Assembly (NCBI GenBank): GCA_051362555.1
Contig: CM120640.1
Location: forward strand, 45,486,788 to 45,550,787
Length of the DNA: 64,000 nucleotides
Source of the DNA: Lingula anatina
Lineage: Eukaryota; Animalia; Brachiopoda
Direction: 5' to 3'
This document shows, piece after piece, positions 51,901-63,117 of the stretch (the stretch's first letter is position 1; each line of letters starts with the position of its first letter). The notes beneath the pieces were generated by a model that was not told the DNA's origin, ran no database searches, and worked only from the letters and a program-made list of their open reading frames with translations. A program made the position numbers and the translations under genes.

Positions 51901-54365
51901 TCATTGCCTTTGTCAGAGAACATGGGTCGGTGCCACATCTTATGCCGAGGTAGGCCTATGTGTATTCTAACTAATTGTATTTTTGCTGACATGCAGTTTT
52001 ATAACTGCTCCAGTTCACGGGGTGTTTTGAACTACTAATTCTAACATGTCTTGAACTTTTCTTGCGTTCAGTGGAGCTGGTGCTTGTTTATCTTGGTAAG
52101 TAAAATCCTGGAAATAAACTTTACCTGTCCTTGTTTTTGAAGTGATTTGTTATGGTGGCGGTTTGGTACTCTGCATGTGATCGATTATTGATTTTATTCA
52201 GTTTCACTGATTGATTATTTACGTCTGGTGATTACCACACTTTCTGATTGCTCACATTTGAACTGATATTGACTTCCGTCTTTGTGGAGGGGAATTATCA
52301 GATTACAACAACCTCGTGTCTTTTTTTCTTTCAATTTTTTAAATTGTATATTTTAGTTCAAATGTTTGTCGTATTCCCACTGTCTACTGCATGTCCTAGG
52401 TGTAGTCGATTTTTGTATACAAATCTGTTATCTTGGAAACGAAGAAGTAGAGCACATATATCTAGGCCCCTACACATGCACATGTTTTTTCATATCCAAA
52501 TAATTTTAACTTTGGTTAAAAAGCCCAAATTTGAATGAACTTGTTAATGTAGGTGTCACGCTATTGATTAAAATGTATGAATGTGCTGAGATCGCACTTT
52601 ATAAGGGAAAATATAATATGAATAATGAGCACATGCCCAAGTGGAATTAAAATATACATGTGTGTACATTTGTAAATCGCATCAGATGGGCATTGTAACA
52701 GGTAAGAGTAGTCTGTATAAACAAAAAACTAAAAGGACACAGAATAATACCAAGGCCTTGTTTTGAAAAAAAAATACACAACAGTATCAAAGTCATTCTG
52801 AATAAATCTCTAGGGCACATAGCAACGCTGAACGATTGTTTCGCTGATCAATCAGACGAATAAATAATCAAAATGTACTTTTGATGTTAAACACGATGAA
52901 AGACTCTTATTGAGATTCGATACTTAATCACGTAACGATGAATAATTAACGAGAACGGGATACAAAAGAGTCGCCCGTTGTGGAGTAACACCATAGTGAT
53001 CCGTGAAAGGCACAGGAGTCACAAGACAGGAATTTGGCTTCGTCGAGTTTTGTCTTAGCTGAGACTGTGCGGATACAATAATGGCGGGATTATGGCAAGA
53101 TTCAATTTTGTTTAAATAGCTCTTAAACTTTACGCGTTACCATTATAGCTTATTGTAAAACACAAATACTAATTCACTGATAATCTTCTGTATGATAAGA
53201 GGCTTTTTAGCCGTTACAAGTTAGAGGTGTTTATCATTTTTTGTCTAAAAAACGAATTTACTTTTAATTAACCTGTTGATAACGGGTTGCTAGGCTGACA
53301 CAAGATTTCATACCAAAGTTGTGTTGACAAAATTGATCAAGCAGTCAATCATTAAAACCTTAAGAAACGTATATGTAAATCTGACATAATGTACGGTAAA
53401 ATTACAACCAGCTGCTAATTGAGTCGAATTTATCAAGGACACGGTTGCCATTTACTTGCTGCTTTACTTGATTAAAATTGTATCCGCACAGTGCTCCGGA
53501 GTTTTACGGGCTAGGACAGTCCATGTTCCCCGGTCAGGATTGGAGAGACCCGGAGGCAGGGAACTATAACTGGACCACGCCCATAGGGTACGATTACCGT
53601 GGTAACTCGGGCGGGTACAGCAGACCTGGGTACAGCACAGGTTACGGGATAGGGTACAGCAGGTACTTTGATAAGTGTGCTGATGGAGAATAGGTTACGG
53701 AAGAGGTGCTGGTTTTGATCCCCCCCCCCCTGTGAATGATGCACGTTGTGTGGTCCATGTTCTCTGCTGTTCTTCAATGTTGTGAGAAATTGCGAAAGAG
53801 AAACTGAATCAATATTATTATTATTATTATTTAATGTATTTTGTTGTTATTCTTAGGTTTGAGTCTGCGATGGGCCCAGGGTATCACAGTGGTTATGATG
53901 AGAGTCCTATGGCAGGCAAATATTTCCGTCCTGCAGGAGGCAATGGAGACTATATGCATCCTGGGAGTCATTTTCAGGTAAGCGGGTCGTGCATGAGAGA
54001 GAGAGAGAGAATATTATTTGTTGTTCGTATTCCTTTTCTTTTCAACAAACGGAGTGCGATTTTGAATAAAACTTCTTGAGACATTTGCTTTTTTATACTA
54101 AAAGACCTTTCATGATAATATATCCACAACAACTGCATGTATGTGGGGAAATTATTATGAACAAATAATATATTTTTCAAATATGGAATGAATAAATAGA
54201 TTGCCTCATATTTTTTTTCTTAACTTTTAGTCCACTACAGCTCCAGTTAGAGGACACTTCACCATTCATCCTGACTGGGTGTCAGAGAGAAAGTCTGGCC
54301 GGCTGAATCTATCTCATTTCACGTCGTCCAAGGATCCCAACAGATTCCGTTATGGATCCAAGTGA
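42925..54365 (+). CDS. Uncharacterised low-complexity protein (Pro-rich centre, Gly/Tyr/Ser-rich C-terminus), ~585 aa core model; possibly ciliary or sperm-related
   Basis: Core exons with chained phases: 42925-43191, 45261-45537, 50497-51002, 51230-51305, 51537-51741, 53492-53662, 53857-53977, 54231-54365 (1758 nt, ends ...GHFTIHPDWVSERK...RYGSK*). Optional in-frame exons at 48638-48724, 51917-51949 and 52072-52095. No domain recognised. Confidence 0.75.
43786..44117. mobile_element. Kolobok-like MITE
   Basis: Perfect 15-bp TIR AGGGATAATAACTCT / AGAGTTATTATCCCT, flanked by TTAA (left) and TTAC (right, a one-mismatch TTAA TSD). AGG termini with a TTAA target fit Kolobok. Confidence 0.7.
48421..48500. 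repeat. Compound (CT)n-(CA)n microsatellite
   Basis: Directly visible. Confidence 0.9.
48746..48759. promoter_or_regulatory. RFX X-box-like site
   Basis: GTAGCCATAGAAAC fits the GTNRCCATRGNAAC consensus; function untested. Confidence 0.35.
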
Positions 54366-56590
54366 ACGCTATCCTGATAAATCAAACATCTGCGTTTTTG
54401 ATGTGGTGTCTCGCTCACGAATTGCTCAAAGCCACCGTCTGCTTTCCAGCATTTCTTTTTTCGAAAACTATTTGACTGCACCATGTCGTGTTTTTTTTAA
54501 TGTCTTAAAAAACGACAGCATTTTATACCTCACATTTGAAATCACGCATTCCATGATGGAACTTGCACTAGCTGCAAGGCAAATCAACAGGATGCCTCTT
54601 CGGAACTTTGCCGCAATATATTCATCTTATTCTCAAGTCAATCTTGGTGATCTCACCCGATGATTATGGAGCTACTGGTAGCCTCATTTAATATGCTGAT
54701 ATCATAGTATTTGTTTAATTCAGATTTAGGCTTAATACATGTTTTTAAAGATATTAAATTACTATTTCGAAATATATATGTATAAATTTACCTTTCAAGG
54801 GTAAAATTGATCATACAATTTAGAGAAAGGAGTTTTTAGAAAATTTCTTACAATGATATATTGATATAGTGCTCAATTTTATACGAAAAGACAATCAAAA
54901 TGCGTAGTTTTTTTTTTTCGAGTTTATATATGGATATGGTATACATGTATCTAATAGTTTTTCATTGTTCTTCGTACACGTGTGCAATCATTACGTTACA
55001 GAGGCAACCCTTTCCTCGTGTAAATAATCAAGAGATCAGATGTAAAATACAAGTGAATAATAATTTTAGAAACGGCACACCCAAAAGTCTTGCTCAATGT
55101 TTTTTTCTTTTGCATTTTATATTTAAAAGAAGTGTAAAATCATTTCAAGCATGATATAATTTGGTAAGGCCATTTTAGATGCCACATCAAAAGGTGCATG
55201 CAAGGACCAGACTAGACATTCAATTAAATTTACATTTGTATTATTTGATCTCTCTGATGTCATCTGTATTTATTGTAGCTTACGTTTATGCTAAAGCAAA
55301 ATAAAATGCAGTTAAATCAATAAAAGTATTTGTATTCTTTCATTGTAAATATAACATCTTTGTAAATAAATTTTATTCTAATTGTGTATTGAAATCTTCT
55401 CAAACTCAACATCACATGAATAAAATTCACAAATTTTAAATTGTCAGATATATTAAAAATTTTAACATGAAGGCCATTTATGTATCGTGATAAATAGCAT
55501 CAATGCAAAAGAGAAATAGTACATTGTATCTATTCAAAAGGAAAGACCCCTCGTTCTCCGATTTATACCTTAATTTTGCCAAGGAGTTAGATGTAATATC
55601 TCAATTTTGAATTTTGCTAACTTTAATACATGAAGTTTAGGAAGGTTTATGTACGTGTGTTTGTGTTCCAACATTCTAATTGTCAAGTATAAGGCACTGC
55701 ATTATCCTACTGTTGAAAATAACCAGCCAAGTTGACACACATAATGAAAAACAGGCAATACAGCTACAGCAGGCATAGGGATAGACATTCCTTATAATAA
55801 AATACTTTCTGTATGACAATCGAGTGACGTTATTAAAAATATGTAGACAAAAATATTATAACAAAATGATATTTGTACTAAGATAAATATGTTTATTTAA
55901 GCCTTTAAATTAATGTACAGTTTGCTACATTATACTAAGATCATGCAGCACGGATATAAAGGTCACACATTATGACAAACAACTTGATATCTAGAATACT
56001 GCAGGTAGCATGCAGTTCACATATTACACTAAAGTTGTTCACCGATTACATTTCCTTTATTCTTTCTGGTATTTATCCCCTGTCAGATGTAAACATTTGA
56101 AAAAGATATTCATAAAATTCATAAAAAAGAAGACAAGTTTTCAAAAACATGCATCAGCACATCAAATTATGCATTTAAAGTTTTTGTCTTATGAAAGAAA
56201 CATGCCTCACTGTATAATTTAGCATAAGTGACCTCAGTTGTTCAATACACAATCCTGAATTTCACATAAATGCTGCAATGGCATTAAGTCATTCCTGATA
56301 AGATATCATTCCATTGTATTAAAAGGGTCATTTTACAATTCTTTTTAACTATTCCTACTTATATTTAATCAAATGCAGGTGTATTTAATGGCAAAGATAA
56401 AATCCTCATTTTTTCTGCCTTTATTGTCGAATACATTTCCATTTCAAAATATCAGTGTTTGATGTTAAAACAAACTAACAAAGTTTTTTCATGCCTAACT
56501 ATGTGTGGCAGCAAAAAATTATCCACAGATTCAATTTAAAATAAAGAGTACAGTTATACACAATTTCCCTTAAAACAAACTACAACATGT

Positions 56591-57896
56591 CTACTGAGTC
56601 AAAGTCTTTTGTAGCACCTTGTTCTGTTTCATTTGTGCTTGTCTCCCTTCTAACTGATTCACGACTTTGTCTGGTAGATCAGGATCTGTGAAATATGCTG
56701 AAAAGGAAAAAGTGAATTTAAATATATATACATGCCTATATAGTATAATTCTTTTTTTTTTTTTAGAAAAGGTAATTCTTATTTCATATATATCTATATA
56801 CATATAACAAATATGAATGAAACAGTTAATGACCCAAAAGCTAAACCTTAATATTTAGTTGTTAATAATGTGTAACTATAACTTTATCACTGATGTGCTG
56901 TGTACACTGTACATGTATGTATGAAAGATAACTTACATGATGCAAACTCTCTTACATTATTTGGCCTCTTCCGTAATATATCCCTGTGAACAAAGAAAAC
57001 AAATACATTTTTTAAATTAAAATTATAAAGGCTGTTAAAAACAGTTAAACTGCACACCCAAGTTACTTAAAATTAAAACTGTATGCAATTACAGATTATG
57101 TAAGCACAAAAACCCTTCCATACTCAATACATTGCTTACCTATAGGCTAACACAGTTGCAACAAACTTACCCTAAAAATCCTGTGAGCAAACATTCTACT
57201 TCTGGGTGATTTCTAAGATATTTCTCATTCTCTAATCTAGTTTGAATCTGAAATTGGAAAAATAAGAATGTGATTAAAGCAGCAGAGTGGAACTACTGGT
57301 AAAGATGATGATTATTTTCAGTGTGGAACTCAAGCATTTGCCAACTGCATATTTGATGAATGTAGCACAAAAATCATTCTCACACCACCCCTCATTTTAA
57401 CTACCTCAGCACATGTCTGTTATATATGTACACCTTATATTAGTACATGTAGTATTCGGGGCAATAATAATATACCAAGCCATAATATACTGTAGGATGG
57501 GGGTGGGGGCGATTGCCAAAGGAGGAGGGGTGAGTTAGATACATTTATACATGTATACCTTTCATAAACAATGTCAAAGTTCAACGAAATACTGCAAAAT
57601 ACTCTCATGGTAGAGTTTCGGAATAACTGAAAATATCCGGTAATTCAGAAACACCATCGCTGTCTAGATATTGACGGCATCGATAGGGTTGGTGACTTGG
57701 TCTACATAAATAATGACCGATTTTCCGTAATTCATTGAAGAATAAAGCATTTTTAACAAAGTCAGTTAATCAAAATCACCTTAAATCTGTTCAGTTTTTC
57801 TTGTTGTTCGGGACTGAGTGCTCCGAGGTCACCTTGTCCACCTAAATCGTATGGTTCCATCCCCTCCGGGGGTTTGTGCTTAGGTTTGTCAGCCAT
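56591..57896 (-). CDS. RIIAD1: RIIa domain-containing protein 1 (PKA-RII/Dpy-30-like docking domain), 115 aa
   Basis: Exons 57780-57896, 57171-57247, 56937-56983, 56591-56697 (348 nt): MADKPKHKPPEGMEPYDLGGQGDLGALSPEQQEKLNRFK-IQTRLENEKYLRNHPEVECLLTGFLG-DILRKRPNNVREFAS-SYFTDPDLPDKV... The LSPEQ...FKIQTR..NEKYLR.HPEV...RP.N..EFA..YFTDP pattern is what I recognise as RIIAD1. Confidence 0.9.
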
Positions 57897-58700
57897 CTTG
57901 CTCGTATCTAAGTGAGGCGGATAAACCCGATGATACACGAGATAAAACGAAGTCCTTCTCGCTATTTATATGAACAGTGATTACTCTCAAAACAACGAAG
58001 TTCTCATCACACCACAAGTAATAGTTTACCTGAATTATGATTTTCTTTTAAAACACCAAAACATAAACATAAAAAGTTAATTTATTCAGCTAAGAACGTA
58101 GCTTCTCTTGAAGGGCAAGGTCATGGTCACAAGCACACTCTCTAGGGAGTGATTTTTTAAAATTATGTTGATGCTGAAATAGCCGGAGCGATCTTATCCA
58201 TTCCGGGAAGTCTTATTACATGATACTCAGGCGATCGTTGTTAATTTTTGTTTGCCATTAAAGATATGTAACTTAAGATCAACTGATCACTTAAAGTAAT
58301 TCTTAAAGTAATTGAAAGATACACTGTAAGTATTACAATTTAAAGCAATTCTGACATTCCGTTTACTTTCGTTAGGGACAATATACATGTAGGTCGACAT
58401 ACATTTATGTATGTTATAGTAGTCCATACATATTCATACATATTGATCAGACCATACTTGTAAATATGGCTATAAATAAAAGAAACAAAAAAAAAAAAAT
58501 TGAAAAAATATTAGAAAGGCGTGAATTAAAATAAAGACCACTTCAACAGAGAGGGCAGAAATATATTAAATATGGACACGCATCATTTTATTGGCAAAAT
58601 AAACCTTATAAAAACAGAATGTCAAATACAATTTTTTTCAATGGAATGATAATATTCACTTTTTTGTGTGCTCATCATGTGGACTGAGGTTGGCTTCTCT

Positions 58701-61700
58701 TTATTTCCCAACAATAACATTTCCAGTTTCCTGTAAAGTAACATGACGCAACATTTCATAAGGTATGATACATTTGTAGTCATTGCACATGAATTTTGGA
58801 AAAAAAAATACCAGTAGCCTACATACTCTTACATGGTCCGGTATGTGTACAAACACGCGCAGGCACGAACGCGCGCGAGCACACACGCGCGCACCCACAC
58901 ACGCACACACACAAGGAAAAAACTGAGAAACAGTATTAGTTATACAAAAATATAATTCAACTGTTAAAAAATGTACCTACTGTGCGCACGTGCGCATGAT
59001 CAATACAATGTACCGTACGTCTCGGTGTAACAGATGCAATAGTGGTAGGCCTACTGATAGGAAGTTAAAAACGTGCACATGTAGGCCTATTGGTGCAGGT
59101 ATAGTCAACTGCAATACATTGATGGTCTAAGATAAATCAGTCTACAAAATGCCAATATATTATAAAACCCAAACGGGCATATTTTTCCGAAGGAAAGAGA
59201 AAGTGGATGATAGAGGAAAATGAACTACTCACAATTCTACTTCTGATGCTATTCCATTGTCGCATGTAGGTTCCGGGAATGCCAAACCCGCCTGCGTTAT
59301 ACGCATTATAGGCCGGATCGAACTGAGCTCTCCGACCGGATTGCTGCGACAGATCCATTTTCGCTATGACATCATAGAAAACCTCTAAAATGTCATTCAC
59401 TTTCTTGTCAAATGCAGCTATCTGAAATCATTCCATAATAATGTTTAGGTTTGCCAGAAACGGTGAAAATGTTTCATTAAAAACGCTTTTTCTTAATGCA
59501 GTAGGGCCTATCTACTAAATTTGCACATACAGAACATCATGTACGTAAAAGGCATTACTCTCTACCAGGGCCTAAGACTGATTTTTCACTGAGTATTCAC
59601 ATATACTTGACTATGGTTAATTCATGGCAATATTTTCTTCTGCCCAACGAGTATTTCGGTATGCATTTAATTTCATCACCTAGTTGGCCTCTAGCTTTGA
59701 GTGATAAGGCACTGCTCCTCACCTCTTGCTCTTGCGCGGCAGTTACGGAAGGCAGTCGGGACAACCAGTCTCTCATAGCTGCACTGGCCCCGCGGAGATC
59801 ATCAAATCGCAGTTCTATGGAGTCCAGCTCGCTCCGTAGAGACCTGCAAGTTAAAATAGGTATTTTATAATAAAATAGGTACACAGCATTTATATAAATC
59901 TAAACAGAGAAATATGTCAGATCTTCCGACATCTCTGTGACTGCGGGGATTCAGTTAGAATGTTAATTTATTCAAAACAGTATCCTAAAAGCAGAATTAT
60001 TTGCACTCCAATATTTTGTTTCATAAAACACCTTCACGGTATGAGGCTATAGGTGTTATTGTTTCTATCTGAGGTATGCAGTTAGCCCCCTCCCCCTTTT
60101 CTACGGTACAAAGTACTTGAGATTGTGCTTGAGATGTCCCATCTGTATATATCAAACACAAAAGAACAAAACTGAATAATAACGGCAAAGTCAATCTCTA
60201 TTTTCCACATCTGAAGTACTTTGTACCGTAGAAAAGGGGGAAGGGGGCTAACTGCATAACTCAGATAGAAACTGCTGGACTGCAGGCATTGTTTTACTTT
60301 TTCATGAATGGTTTTCTTTCAATGGTTTCAATTTTAACTACATATTCAAAAGTCACCTACCCGTCAACGAGGTAGTCTATATATTTCGAACTGAGCGAGT
60401 GAAGAGGTACAAGTTCGGCACGAACAGGCACACCTTTTCCATTATTAACCTTCTTTACCTATTAAAACAATTCAACATTATTCACAAAGTACATATATTG
60501 TGGGTTTTTGTCAAATCGTTCGGTCGAATAAGTAATGTAATGTCTCATCAATAATAAATCCCCAAGGTTCTAATTGCCCGAAAGATCGAAAATAATACTC
60601 TAACACGCATAAAGAAAACAAGAGTAATATTGTAGCAAAGTATTCACAAATCTGATTGATAATAATATAAAACCATTTGGCCAAGAACCGATTGCGATTT
60701 GCTCCTATCTCAGATCTATACTAAATTTGTCTTTTTATAGGAGTTCAAGAGTGATTCTGGTAGTAAGCTATAACTACCTTTAGCTCAACAATCCATCTTA
60801 CCATGTCTGGGAATCTCTCGACAAGTTTTCCGAAAGAGTCCATGTCGGTGGGAACGATATCTACGGGAACATTTGCAAAGTATTTGATATCGAGTGTGGT
60901 TTTGTCTTTCATTTCCTTCACTGTTCTGCCAAAGTCACCTTCGACGTCAAGACCAAACGGTCCGTAAATCTTGTGGTGATAGGAAGAAGACATTAAATGT
61001 CAGTTGTTTAGGTTTGATCCAAGTTTAAGCAATTCATTAGCAACCACAATAATTTATTCATGTAAAACAAATCTGAAACTGTCGCTATGCCTCGTTCAGT
61101 ATACTGCAACTTAATGTTCAAAACATTCAAATGGGATTTAGTTCAGGGAGCATTATCGCTTCAAAAGGACTAATACTTAATAATAAACAGCCAGTCTCAT
61201 TTAAACATGTTCACAAAAGAAAATGATTGTTTGACTTCACTTACCGGGATCCCAACACTTAAAGCAGCTTTGATTTTCTGGTATTCTTGGGTCGTTTCAG
61301 CAGTGAAGATAAGGGATGCCACCAACTCCCCACCGTACGTTATACTTCTTACGTAGTGCGACCCCAGGGACTGGGGGCCCTTAAGTGTCCATCCTCGTAC
61401 AGGACGCAGTGACGATGGGATGGTCTCGGTGACCTGCGAATCGTGAAAAATTAGGATAGAATTTCCTCAATAAACACAGTTCGTATGAGCCATGCGGCTT
61501 ATGTCATGTACCAGTACTTCTTCGCAGCATTGTCTCATCGAAGATGTGTTTACTGGTATTGTCCACATTCCACTTGTCACCAACAGGGATTTCGTACTGC
61601 AAAATTGATAATGACGATAATTATGGTGATGACTACGCGAGCCAGTTACTTAAAGTAACTTATAGTAACTGGCTCGCGCTGCCAGTAATTACGCCGCGGG

Positions 61701-63117
61701 ATATTCAGGCAGTGACCGTGATCATAAGACATACCGCGAATAGAAAATAGAATTTAGAAAATAGACATTGCATGTGAATGAAGCCTTTGTTTTAAGATTT
61801 AAGATCTTCGGCCCAAAGCCACTGAGTTCCGGCAGTGAAACAGTTATATAAAGCTCACCTGTACATGTTGAGTGACTGATAGTCACCTCCAATAATCATT
61901 TTGCATAGGCTACTTCATGACAGGCACATTCCCTTCTCTGGTACTCAATGTGTTTCCCCACACAGCGTTTTTTTTGACTTAATTTGTTAACGACATATAT
62001 GAATTGGAAGCATAAGCACTGCAAGATATTTACAATGTACCGGTATGGGTCTATGACTTTCTTACCGTTTCAAAGTTGACCTTAGTAAGAACTTCAATTC
62101 TCTTTGACCTGGATTGCTCGTCTTTCAGATATTCTCCAGATCCTGAAATTGTTTAAAATAAATTGTCAAACAAATTGGAATAAATAGTAGAATTGCAGAG
62201 TGAGATGGACAAGCTAAAGAGATCAAGCTGATTTAATCGCAAATTTCTGGCCCTATGATAAAGGCTTATGAGAGGGTACCACGTTTGTGTAAGCATACAT
62301 GTACAACACACCAAACTCTCGATGAACGAGACACCCGTCTTTATCTGTCATAGGGTCGACATGAATGGAGAACAAAATGATAGTGGCTTACTCAGATTGT
62401 GGGAAGAATTAAGTGCTTGGGTCAAATACAGAAAGAGCATAGTATAATGTATACATGTACCCTTAATACTGAGCATTCCGCTCTTTATTTTCAGTGACAA
62501 TTCCCCGCCGACATTTAAGAAATCTCTTGCTTGCCGACTAGTTTCTACCATCTTATGAGAACTGGTTGTGCGCTGTTTGTTTATAATCTGCAAAATGGAA
62601 AAGATGCAGTTTTATTTTCCAACACGCACAGATACATGTAGTAACTAATATGAAGATAAAAAATGGCAAGCATGCTAAAAAATTCTGTTTGAAAAAAAGT
62701 ATAATTTAAGGCGAAAAAAAGTGATGGTTTACCATAGAACAATGTAAATTATGATCAAATATTAAAATTGTTTCATGATGGTACATTATCACAACTGAAC
62801 AGTTGTTAGTCCCAGGTCACGAAATAACGAAGGAAAAGTCCCTCCCATTATTAATAACCCCTGCACTAATAGAATAATAGAAAACACTGGCACCATGCAT
62901 GTATATAACTAGGTATTATAATGTTTCAGTATGTTCATTTCAACATAAAATCATAACTTTTGTATTTTATTTATGTATTTATATGCTCACAGTTGGTTGG
63001 AATCCCGCTGGAAAGATATCTGTGCCGACTTTGTCTGAAGTGATGTTAAACGTTCTTCCCAGTAACATTGGGATAACGTAGGGTAAAATGATGTTCATGG
63101 TGATGTCCTCAGCTAAT
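58701..63117 (-). CDS. Stonustoxin/verrucotoxin-like MACPF/CDC-domain protein (~375 aa visible, 5' end unresolved)
   Basis: Exons with chained phases: 62991-63117, 62461-62587, 62066-62142, 61245-61433, 60802-60969, 60361-60458, 59723-59843, 59233-59421, 58701-58730. Motifs LLGRTFNI...GTDIF, LNVGGELSLKIKSGMLSIKGSGEYLKD, GSHYVRSITYGG and NNGKGVPVRAELVPL correspond to the SNTX N-terminal domain pattern (SLK.....G...V.GSA.YL, THVV..I.YGA, AVP....L.PL). Confidence 0.78.
60061..60272. mobile_element. Young MITE / long hairpin in an intron of the MACPF-like gene
   Basis: About 65-bp arms GTTTCTATCTGAGGTATGCAGTTAGCCCCCTCCCCCTTTTCTACGGTACAAAGTACTT..., nearly identical to the reverse complement of 60206-60272. 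Confidence 0.85.

Noticed and set aside
52686-52701. 16-nt segment between CAG and GTAAGA
   Set aside because: Not frame-preserving in a phase-2 intron.
54352-54663. 103-aa ORF overlapping the stop of the unnamed gene
   Set aside because: Lies in the presumed 3' UTR with no recognisable features.
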